In this document: in pieces, positions 27,335-34,617 of the stretch
Layout: each line of letters begins with the position of its first letter
How positions within the stretch are numbered: the first letter of the stretch is position 1
Origin: an uncultured Actinomycetes bacterium
GTDB taxonomy: Bacteria > Actinomycetota > Thermoleophilia > Solirubrobacterales > 70-9
Direction of reading: 5' to 3'
DNA length: 64,000 bases
Assembly: GCA_963738305.1 (NCBI GenBank)
Contig: CAVTVU010000012.1
Span: forward strand, 40,302-104,301
The notes under the pieces: model-generated
Database searches by the model: none
What the model was told of the DNA's origin: nothing
Seen by the model: the letters and a program-made list of their open reading frames with translations, nothing else
Made by a program: the position numbers and the translations under genes

Positions 27335-28480
27335 ATGCGGAACGAACGACGCGCGGCGCTGGGCGTCGCGGCAGTCCCGAGCGAGACGATGGGAGCGCGC
27401 AAAAGCCAGAGCAACGGCCGGGGGTCCTCGGAAGAGGTCCCCGGCAAGGCCGCGGGCGAGAACCGGGCCCCGGCTCCCGGCAGCCGTCTCGCCGAGGCCT
27501 TCGAGGCGGTCGAGCGCTTCCCGGTCCTGGTCGAGTCCCGCGAGCGGGTGATGAGCGCCGCCACGGCCGAGACCTCTCGCGTCGGCGAGATCATCGAGAC
27601 GGTGGAAGCCGACGTCGCCCTGACGATCTCCGTCCTGCGCTTTGCCAACCGCGGCGCCAGGGCGGCGGGGGGCGTCGCCAACATCCCCCAGGCGCTCGAC
27701 GTGCTCAAGCCGTCGGGGGTCCTGGCGATCGCCGGAACGGCGCCCGTCTATGACTTCTTCGAGCCGAATGGCGGCTGGGAGCTGCGGCCCGAGCATTTCC
27801 GCATCCACGCCCTCGCCACCCAGCGAGCCGCCGACCAGATCGCCCGCGTGACCGGGTTCGCGCAGCGTGATGACCTCGCAGTCGTCGCCCTCCTGCACGA
27901 CGTCGGCAGGCTGGTGATCTCCCGTCTCCACCCCGGCTACAAGCCCTATTTCGACGCCACCTCCCGGACCCCCGAGCAGCGCTTGCGCGACGAGCGTGAC
28001 CAGCTCGGGATCGATCACGCCCTGGTCGGTGGCGTCCTGGCGCGGCGCTGGAACCTCCCGCAACGCATCGCCGTGGCGATCGAGCGCCACCACGCCGAGG
28101 GAGCCGACGGCCTCGCCTGCATGGTTGCGGCCGCCGACATGATCGGCCGCTACTCGCAGGGGGACGCGGTCAACCCGGAGCGGCTGAGGGAGGCCTGCGA
28201 GCGCTGCGGGATCGACCGAGAGACCATGCGGGAGCTGCTCTACGAGGTGCCCTACCCGCGCCTCGAGACCCCGCGGGCGAGCGAGCCCTGCCCGCTCTCG
28301 GCCCGCGAGCTGGACGTCCTCCGCCACCTCTCGGAGGGAATGGTCTACAAGCAGATCGCGGGGGAGATGCAGCTCTCGGTCTCGACCATCCGCACCCACC
28401 TCCACAACGTCTACGGCAAGATCGGCGCCGTTGACCGCGCGCAGGCGGTGCTGACGGCCCGCGACAGGGGCTGGATCTAG
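27335..28480 (+). CDS. HDOD-domain protein fused to a LuxR-type HTH
   Basis: HDOD-like region: FPVLVESRERV...IIETVEADVALTISVLRFAN...LLHDVGRLVI...IDHALVGGVLARRWNLP...AIERHH. C-terminal region: LSARELDVLRHLSEGMVYKQIAGEMQLSVSTIRTHLHNVYGKIG. Confidence 0.8.
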   Translation: MRNERRAALGVAAVPSETMGARKSQSNGRGSSEEVPGKAAGENRAPAPGSRLAEAFEAVERFPVLVESRERVMSAATAETSRVGEIIETVEADVALTISVLRFANRGARAAGGVANIPQALDVLKPSGVLAIAGTAPVYDFFEPNGGWELRPEHFRIHALATQRAADQIARVTGFAQRDDLAVVALLHDVGRLVISRLHPGYKPYFDATSRTPEQRLRDERDQLGIDHALVGGVLARRWNLPQRIAVAIERHHAEGADGLACMVAAADMIGRYSQGDAVNPERLREACERCGIDRETMRELLYEVPYPRLETPRASEPCPLSARELDVLRHLSEGMVYKQIAGEMQLSVSTIRTHLHNVYGKIGAVDRAQAVLTARDRGWI

Positions 28481-28542
28481 AGCGACACCGCGTTGCGGTA
28501 GGGGGCCGCTTGTCCACCCCGACCTCGGAGGAGATACCTCGG

Positions 28543-28722
28543 ATGCCTGACTCACTGGCCCGCTATCGCGTCCTCTGGCCGCTGGTCCCCGCGATGGCCA
28601 TGGTGATGATCGACTTCACGATCGTCAGCATCTCCGCGACGACGACCCAGCATGATCTCGGCCTCTCGGAGACCGCCGTGCAATAGCTGGTCACCGCCTA
28701 CGCCCTCTCCACCGCGGCCTTC
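28543..28722 (+). pseudogene. MFS (DHA2/EmrB-like) transporter, N-terminal remnant
   Basis: MPDSLARYRVLWPLVPAMAMVMIDFTIVSISATTTQHDLGLSETAVQ*LVTAYALSTAAF. An in-frame TAG (28684-28686) sits where these transporters have W. Similarity ends near 28722, where repeat copy C starts. Confidence 0.6.
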
Positions 28723-28723
28723 G

Positions 28724-28784
28724 ATGCAGACCGCCTTCTACGTCGACCCGCGCTAACACCGCGCGGGCAAACGACCTGCTGCGG
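28724..28784. repeat. composite palindromic repeat, family 1, copy C (degenerate)
   Basis: GACCGCCTTCTACGTCGACCCGCGCTAACACCGCGCGGGCAAACGACCTGCTGCGG. Hairpin 2 with the TAACACC loop is intact. The central palindrome and the 3' CTGCGG tail are degenerate relative to copy B. Confidence 0.5.
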
Positions 28785-29405
28785 TTACTCGATCAGCGAC
28801 TCGCGCAGCGCGATGGCGATCGCGTTGGCGCGATTGCGGGCCTCGAGGCGAACCAGGATGTTCTTGGTGTGCGTCTTGACCGTCTCCTCGCCGACCCCCA
28901 GCTCTCGGGCCGCCGCGGTGGCCGATTGACCGTCGGCGAGCAGCTGAAGGATCTGGCGCTGACGGCGGGTCAGCTTGCCCCGGCTCCCCCGCGGCGGCAC
29001 GGCCGGATCGACGAAGCGCTCCTGCCGGCGCGCCGCGGTGACCGCCTCGAGCAGCAGCTCGATGCCGGCCGTGCGCGTCAGGTAGGCGCTCGCGCCGGCG
29101 GCAATCACCGTGGCGGCCATTTGACGTTCGGGCTGGCGGCCATGGGCGACGATCCCGACGCCGGGCTCGTCCCGATGGATCGCCCGGACGGCCTGGGACC
29201 CGCTCATGCCGTCGCCGCCCGCCTCCGACCAGGGAAGGGCATCGATGATCGCCACCTCGAAGCCACCGACGCCGCGGATCAGCTCCACGGCCTCCTCGCG
29301 GGTCGGGGCCTCCTCCACCTCGAAGGTGTCGGCAAGCACCCTGCGGGCGCCGAGGCGAAAAAGGGGATGGCCGTCGTTGATAAGACAGCGTGGCCGGTCG
29401 CTCAG
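28785..29405 (-). CDS. NarL/LuxR-family response regulator with a degenerate receiver domain
   Basis: C-terminal HTH: LTRRQRQILQLLADGQSATAAARELGVGEETVKTHTKNILVRLEA. The receiver begins upstream of the track start: ...RPRCLINDGHPLFRLGARRVLADTF. The only in-frame initiator there is CTG 29405, preceded by GGAGAGG. GTG 29339 would truncate the domain. Confidence 0.7.
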   Translation of the reverse strand: MSDRPRCLINDGHPLFRLGARRVLADTFEVEEAPTREEAVELIRGVGGFEVAIIDALPWSEAGGDGMSGSQAVRAIHRDEPGVGIVAHGRQPERQMAATVIAAGASAYLTRTAGIELLLEAVTAARRQERFVDPAVPPRGSRGKLTRRQRQILQLLADGQSATAAARELGVGEETVKTHTKNILVRLEARNRANAIAIALRESLIE

Positions 29406-29557
29406 GGGACCTCTCCGATCTGCCGGTTTGGTTGGCTCGTCTCGCTCCCCACGTCTCGGTGGCCCGATCCTAGCCCAGCGGCGCCCGCACCAATGTCTCG
29501 GTTTCCGCCCTTTGCGATCTTTGTCGAGGCTTCCGGAACTTGCGATACAAACAACTG

Positions 29558-29956
29558 ATGATCTCGGTCACCTCAAAATCCCGCTACGCGGTGGTCGCGA
29601 TGGCCGAGCTGGCCAAGTCGGGGGACCGGCCAGTGCCGATCAAGGAGCTGGCCGAACGGCGCGGAATGCCCGAGCAGTTCCTCGAGCAGCTCTTCTCGAC
29701 GCTGCGCCGGGCCGGGTTGCTGAACAGCCACCGGGGGATGAAGGGCGGCTACACCCTCTCCCGCCCGGCCGAAGAGATCGAGGTGCTCGAGGTCGTGCAG
29801 GCCCTCGACGGAAAGATCGGCCAAGAGGCCGACGAGGCAGGGGGGATCTGGGCGGAGGGCGTCGCCGCGCTGCGCAAGGTCTTCGGCCAGACGACGATCG
29901 CCGAGATTGCCCGGCGCGAGGCCGAGGAGTCGGGCTCGGAGATGTACTACATCTAG
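29558..29956 (+). CDS. Rrf2-family transcriptional regulator
   Basis: MISVTSKSRYAVVAMAELAKSGDRPVPIKELAERRGMPEQFLEQLFSTLRRAGLLNSHRGMKGGYTL. No Cys triad for an Fe-S cluster is visible. Confidence 0.85.
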   Translation: MISVTSKSRYAVVAMAELAKSGDRPVPIKELAERRGMPEQFLEQLFSTLRRAGLLNSHRGMKGGYTLSRPAEEIEVLEVVQALDGKIGQEADEAGGIWAEGVAALRKVFGQTTIAEIARREAEESGSEMYYI

Positions 29957-30167
29957 CTGCTCCGCCAGCCCCGCGGCCTGAAACCGTCCCCAGTGTCGGT
30001 GGTCGCATCAGCAGCGCCACCCCGTCGCCCGCCCCCGGTACGTCCTGGATCTCGGACTGGAGATCGCTCCAGGCCGTCCCGCCGGCGGTCCGGCCGCCAG
30101 GTCCACCTGCCCGAGGACCGCCGGGCTTGTCTCGGGTACTCCGTGCCGACCTGCTATCCGTTCGCCG

Positions 30168-30821
30168 ATGCGATCCGAAGACCTCGATGCCCTGCTGGCC
30201 GAGCAGTCCGCGTATTACCGTGCTATCGCTCCCGAGTACGAGGCGGGCGCGCTGGAGCTGCCGGGAGGTGAGGAGCTCGAGGCTGCCCTCGACGCCTTCG
30301 CTCCGAGCGGCGACGTCCTGGAGCTGGCCTGCGGGCCCGGCAGATGGACGGGCCAGCTTTTGCGCCACGTTGAGAGCGTCACCGCCGTCGACGGCTCCTC
30401 CGAGATGCTGACGATCGCCGCCGAGCGGGTCGGAGGTGACCCGCGAGTGCGCTTCGTCAACGCAGACCTGTTCGAGTGGCGCCCGGATCGCGCCCACGAC
30501 GTCGTCTTCTTCGGCTTCTGGCTCTCCCACGTGCCGCCGGCGCGCTTCGATTCCTTCTGGTCCATGGTCGGCGAGTGCCTGCGACCAGGTGGACGCGTCT
30601 TCTTCGTCGACGACGGCTACATCACGGCCGATGAGCGGATCGAGGGCGAGCCGCGGACGACCATCCGCCGGCGTCTCTCCGACGGCAGAGACTTCCGGGT
30701 GGTCAAGGTGGCGCAGGATCCCACCGAGCTCGAGCAGCGCCTCACCGGTCTCGGCTGGGAGATCGCGGTGACCCAGACAGCCGGTCCGTTCTACTGGGGC
30801 GAGGGCGGGCCAGCCGCCTGA
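30168..30821 (+). CDS. class I SAM-dependent methyltransferase
   Basis: DVLELACGPGRWT (motif I), then DVVFFGFWLSHVP...LRPGGRVFFVD. Confidence 0.8.
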   Translation: MRSEDLDALLAEQSAYYRAIAPEYEAGALELPGGEELEAALDAFAPSGDVLELACGPGRWTGQLLRHVESVTAVDGSSEMLTIAAERVGGDPRVRFVNADLFEWRPDRAHDVVFFGFWLSHVPPARFDSFWSMVGECLRPGGRVFFVDDGYITADERIEGEPRTTIRRRLSDGRDFRVVKVAQDPTELEQRLTGLGWEIAVTQTAGPFYWGEGGPAA

Positions 30822-30901
30822 GGCCGAGGGATGGTCCGGTGGATCCGATTCGGCGGCTCCCGCCGGGGTAGAACCTCGATGATCAACCGAAGGAGCAAGC
30901 G

Positions 30902-31291
30902 ATGCCCAACGACTACACCCAGATCAAACTGACCGACGTCAACGACTCGGCGCCCGAGTTCGGCTACGCGGAGGTCCAGGAGGCGAGGTTCGCGAAGGAC
31001 GACCTCGACGCCCAGGACACCGGGATCAGCCACCACAGGCTAAAGGCCGGCCGGCGCCAGCCCTTCGCGCACAAGCACGAGGAAGCGGAGGAGGTCTACG
31101 TGATCCTCGACGGCTCCGGCAAGCTCAACCTCGACGGGGAGATCCTCGAGGTTTCCAAGCTCGACGCGATCCGCATCGCCCCAGGCGTCACCCGGGCCCT
31201 GGAGGCGGGACCGGAGGGGATCGAGGTGCTGGCGGTCGGCCGGCGCCACGACGGCGACGGTGAGCTGATCCAGGATTGGTGGGCGGAGTAG
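30902..31291 (+). CDS. cupin-domain protein
   Basis: FAHKHEEAEEVYVILDGSGKLNLDGE...AIRIAPGVTRALEAG matches the cupin_2 pattern. Confidence 0.8.
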   Translation: MPNDYTQIKLTDVNDSAPEFGYAEVQEARFAKDDLDAQDTGISHHRLKAGRRQPFAHKHEEAEEVYVILDGSGKLNLDGEILEVSKLDAIRIAPGVTRALEAGPEGIEVLAVGRRHDGDGELIQDWWAE

Positions 31292-31343
31292 CCGGAGCTC
31301 TGATCCACGCCGCCGGCCTGGGGGCGGCGAACCGCGGCGAACT

Positions 31344-31934
31344 TCAAGTTGAGTCTGAGTCAGCGACCGAAGTTGAAGCTCGGCTCGCGGTCCGCAGCGC
31401 CTCGGAGCGGTCGAGGAAGTCCTGCTGGCTCACCACCAGCCCCCGCCTCAGCGTGAACAGCTGGTAGACGGGGAGGCTGACGGCCACGCCACTGCCCGAT
31501 CCGTGTCCGCTCTGCCGGGTCGTGACCAGGACCCTCTCGCCGAGGTCGAGCATTTCCTCGGGGTCCCAGCGGATGTCCTCGAAGGCGTCGAGCCAACGGC
31601 TCCAGAAGCGCAGGTAGCCTTGGTGGCCCCGGTAGACCGTCTCGAAGTCCGGAGGCAGCAGATCGGCGCTCGGGTGGTACTCGTAGGCAACCGGGTCGTT
31701 GGTCAGGAGGATCAGCTCGAAGTCGCGGCGGTTGGCTGCGGCGTAGGCTCGGACCATCGCTCGGGCCAGGACCATCCGGCGGAGGCGGGAGCGCGGGGGC
31801 AGTCGCAGGATGGCGGCCCCCCACCGACGTGAGAGGCCCGGCACCTGGAGGCGCAGGCGCTCGTCGAGGGTGCGGCTGCTGCCCGCCCTCTCGCTTGGGG
31901 GCGCGAGGATGACCCGAACCCCGCGCAGGGTCAT
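31344..31934 (-). CDS. SnoaL-like / NTF2-fold protein
   Basis: MVRAYAAANRRDFELILLTNDPVAYEYHPS...HQGYLRFWSRWLDAFEDIRWDPEEMLDLGERVLVTTRQSGHG...YQLFTLRRGLVVSQQDF. ATG 31934 is preferred; the track extension to 32306 is low-GC3. Confidence 0.6.
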   Translation of the reverse strand: MTLRGVRVILAPPSERAGSSRTLDERLRLQVPGLSRRWGAAILRLPPRSRLRRMVLARAMVRAYAAANRRDFELILLTNDPVAYEYHPSADLLPPDFETVYRGHQGYLRFWSRWLDAFEDIRWDPEEMLDLGERVLVTTRQSGHGSGSGVAVSLPVYQLFTLRRGLVVSQQDFLDRSEALRTASRASTSVADSDST

Positions 31935-32132
31935 CGTCCTTTCCGCTCCATCGTTCTCGCAGTATCCGGCACCGGCCCGCCTCGCCGACGAGGCCCGCCC
32001 GCCCCGCCTGGCCAATGCAGGATCGCTCGCATGCTCATACTTTCGTCCAGTTCGCGTGCGGATCTTGGCAATCTTCTCGGCCCGGTGCGCGAATACCGAC
32101 TTCACATCAGCATTCCCGGCCTCGAGTTCGAG

Positions 32133-32381
32133 ATGCCCGACGAATGGGGCGCCCTGATGAAGTTCCTCGAGCGCCACCATTCCGACCTCGCCCCCCGGGT
32201 CACCTGGGACGCTGCCCACCTCGCCGTTGTCAGCCTTTCGCTCAACACCGAGAGCGAGGCGCGCGCCGTCCGGCTCAGCATCGATGCGGTCAGCGACGCC
32301 CTCCACCAGACCGGTCTCGGGGCCTTCTATCCGCAGGGCGTCGACATCGAGCAGATCAACGACTTCGTCCCGGCGGGCTGA
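32133..32381 (+). CDS. hypothetical protein (82 aa)
   Basis: MPDEWGALMKFLERHHSDLAPRVTWDAAHLAVVSLSLNTESEARAVRLSIDAVSDALHQTGLGAFYPQGVDIEQINDFVPAG. GC3 rises sharply at ATG 32133. The upstream part of the track ORF looks non-coding. Confidence 0.5.
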   Translation: MPDEWGALMKFLERHHSDLAPRVTWDAAHLAVVSLSLNTESEARAVRLSIDAVSDALHQTGLGAFYPQGVDIEQINDFVPAG

Positions 32382-32675
32382 CTACCAGGGGACGCTGGTG
32401 CAGCGGTCGGCTGCGCTGGCGGCGTCATCCGGCCGCGTCGGGGTGAGGTAGCCGACGGAACGAGCGTTCCCCGGGCTCGGTGCCACGTAGGAGTAGCCGT
32501 TCGGGTTCGCCAGCTCGGCCTTGTTGAGGCAGTTGCGGTAGTGGAGCTCTCCGCCGATCCAGGCCAGCAGCGCGATCGCCGCGATCACCGCGATCGTCAC
32601 GCCGAGCGCGGCACGCCGATCGGCGATCGCGTCGGCCGCCCGCGAGGTCGTGATCGCTTCGGCCGTGTTGGACAT
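32382..32675 (-). CDS. hypothetical single-pass membrane protein (97 aa)
   Basis: MSNTAEAITTSRAADAIADRRAALGVTIAVIAAIALLAWIGGELHYRNCLNKAEL...ADRCTSVPW. The rest of the 474-aa track ORF is antisense shadow of cysK. Confidence 0.5.
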   Translation of the reverse strand: MSNTAEAITTSRAADAIADRRAALGVTIAVIAAIALLAWIGGELHYRNCLNKAELANPNGYSYVAPSPGNARSVGYLTPTRPDDAASAADRCTSVPW

Positions 32676-32885
32676 GGTGGCGCCGAGGCGCGGGGACACG
32701 CCGCCAGCGTAATCCCGGGGGACGTGCAGACGCCGGTCCGGGGACCCCTGGACGAAACCGTCCAGATCGAGGCGACGCGCGGCGGCCTCCGCCCACTCGC
32801 AGGGGCCGGCGGCCGCTACCGTGGCTGAATCGAGGCGGCATCCGAACAGGCGACGGGCGCCCGAATCGGCCCCGAGGCTTCCGCG

Positions 32886-33782
32886 GTGGTGGGAAACACC
32901 CCGATGGTCCGCCTGGGCCGGCTGGCCGGCGGCCTGGGTGGCGAGGTCTGCGTAAAGCTCGAGTACTTCAACCCTGGCGGCTCGGTCAAGGACCGCATCG
33001 GGGTGGCGATGATCGACGCGGCCGAGCGCGACGGTCTCCTGCGCCCGGGCAGCTCCGCGATCGTCGAGCCGACCTCGGGAAACACCGGGATCGCCCTGGC
33101 AATGGTCTGCGCCGCGCGCGGCTACGACCTGATCCTGACCATGCCGGAGGGGATGAGCCGCGAGCGCGGCAAGCTGCTGCGGGCCTACGGCGCCGAGGTC
33201 CGCGAGACGCATTCCATGGGCGGAATGAGCGAGGCGGTGGAGCTGGCGATCCAGATCAGCGAGCAGCGCAAAGCCTTCGTGCCCCAGCAGTTCTCTAACC
33301 CGGCCAACCCCGAGATCCACCGGCAGACGACGGCCGAGGAAATCTGGCGCGACTGCGAGGGCGAGGTGGGCGCCTTCGTCGCCGGGGTCGGCACCGGCGG
33401 CACGATCACCGGGGTCGGGCGGATGCTGCGCGAGCGCTCCCCGGAGACCCGGGTCGTCGCGGTCGAGCCGGCCACCTCGGCGGTCCTCTCCGGCGGCAGG
33501 CCGGGCCCTCACAAGATCCAGGGCATCGGCGCTGGCTTCGTCCCCGAGGTCCTCGATCGGTCGGTGGTCGACGAGACGATCGCGGTCACCGACGAGGATG
33601 CGCTGGAGACCGCGCGCCTGGCCGGGATCCGGGAGGGGATCCTTTCGGGCATCTCCGCCGGGGCCAACATCAAGGCGGCGCTCGAGGTGGCGGTGCGGCC
33701 GGAGATGGAGGGGAGGCGGGTGGTGACGATCGTCTGCGATTCCGGCGAGCGCTATATGTCGCTGCCGTTCTTCGCCCCCTGA
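32886..33782 (+). CDS. cysK: cysteine synthase A (O-acetylserine sulfhydrylase)
   Basis: GNTPMVRL...[16 protein letters not shown]...[12 protein letters not shown]...[12 protein letters not shown]. The N-terminus is short, with no earlier in-frame start before the upstream stop at 32826. Confidence 0.9.
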   Translation: MVGNTPMVRLGRLAGGLGGEVCVKLEYFNPGGSVKDRIGVAMIDAAERDGLLRPGSSAIVEPTSGNTGIALAMVCAARGYDLILTMPEGMSRERGKLLRAYGAEVRETHSMGGMSEAVELAIQISEQRKAFVPQQFSNPANPEIHRQTTAEEIWRDCEGEVGAFVAGVGTGGTITGVGRMLRERSPETRVVAVEPATSAVLSGGRPGPHKIQGIGAGFVPEVLDRSVVDETIAVTDEDALETARLAGIREGILSGISAGANIKAALEVAVRPEMEGRRVVTIVCDSGERYMSLPFFAP

Positions 33783-33784
33783 CC

Positions 33785-34525
33785 ATGCTCGGCCTCGGCC
33801 AAACATTAAGCAGGGTGATCGGCGAGATCCGCTCCGACGTCGCCGCCGCGCGGGACCGCGATCCGGCGGCGCGCGGCGCCTCCTCGCTCGAGATCCTCGC
33901 CGGGTGGGCGGGGGTGCAGGCGATCCTCGCCCACCGCGTGGCGCACGCGATGCACCAGGCCGGCATTCCGCTGGGGCCGACGGCGATCGCCTACATGAGC
34001 CGGTCGGTCACGGGGGTCGAGATCCACCCCGGGGCGAGGATCGGCTGCGATTTCTTCATCGACCATGGCTCCGGGGTGGTGATCGGGGAGACCGCCGAGG
34101 TCGGCGAGCGAGTGACCCTGTATCAGGGCGTGACCCTCGGGGGGACCGGCTTCCAGCGCGGCAAGCGGCATCCGACCCTCGCCGACAACGTCACGATCGG
34201 ATCGGGGGCGAAGCTGTTGGGCCCGATCGAGGTCGGCGAGGGGGCCAAGGTTGGCGCCAACACCGTCGTCGTCGAAGACGTGCCCGCGGCCGCCACCGTG
34301 GTCGGCAACCCGGGGCATCCGGTGCGGGTCGAGGGGCGTCCGGTCGAGGGCCCCGACGCCGACTGGATTCACCTTCCGGATCCCGTCGCGGATGCGATCA
34401 AGGCGCTCTCGGAGCAGATCGCCGAGCTGGAGCGGCGACTGGCCGAGGTGGAGGGAGGCGAGCAGCCCGACCCCTCGGTCCGCGAGCTGAGACCCAAGCG
34501 CGGGCGCTCCTCCGCCGGCGGTTAG
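33785..34525 (+). CDS. cysE: serine O-acetyltransferase
   Basis: DRDPAA...LAHRVAH...GVEIHPGARIGCDFFIDHGSGVVIGETAEVGERVTLYQGVTLGGTG...RHPTLADNVTIGSGAKLLG shows hexapeptide repeats. Confidence 0.9.
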   Translation: MLGLGQTLSRVIGEIRSDVAAARDRDPAARGASSLEILAGWAGVQAILAHRVAHAMHQAGIPLGPTAIAYMSRSVTGVEIHPGARIGCDFFIDHGSGVVIGETAEVGERVTLYQGVTLGGTGFQRGKRHPTLADNVTIGSGAKLLGPIEVGEGAKVGANTVVVEDVPAAATVVGNPGHPVRVEGRPVEGPDADWIHLPDPVADAIKALSEQIAELERRLAEVEGGEQPDPSVRELRPKRGRSSAGG

Positions 34526-34617
34526 ATGAGATGCGAAGCGCCACCCGCGTCATCCGGGTGCGCGGAGTCCTGGAATTGCTCATCTAGCCCGCCGGAGGCG
34601 CGGATATCCTGAGCTGG

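Noticed and set aside
29957-30167. A 211-bp gap after the Rrf2 gene, examined for a small gene or RNA.
   Set aside because: No ORF with a coding signal, recognisable RNA motif or repeat copy was found. The only ORF there (29640-30530, minus strand) is shadow sequence.
32676-32885. A ~210-nt leader between the divergent small membrane gene and cysK, containing local hairpins such as CTGGAC-GAAACC-GTCCAG. It was considered as a riboswitch.
   Set aside because: I could not match it to any known sulfur, SAM or other riboswitch consensus. It may simply be a divergent promoter region. A covariance-model scan would settle it.
29558-34525. The Rrf2 regulator without a Cys triad, considered as a CymR-like regulator of the nearby cysK-cysE pair.
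   Set aside because: The genes are about 3 kb apart with five unrelated genes between them. No shared operator was identified, so this is pure speculation.
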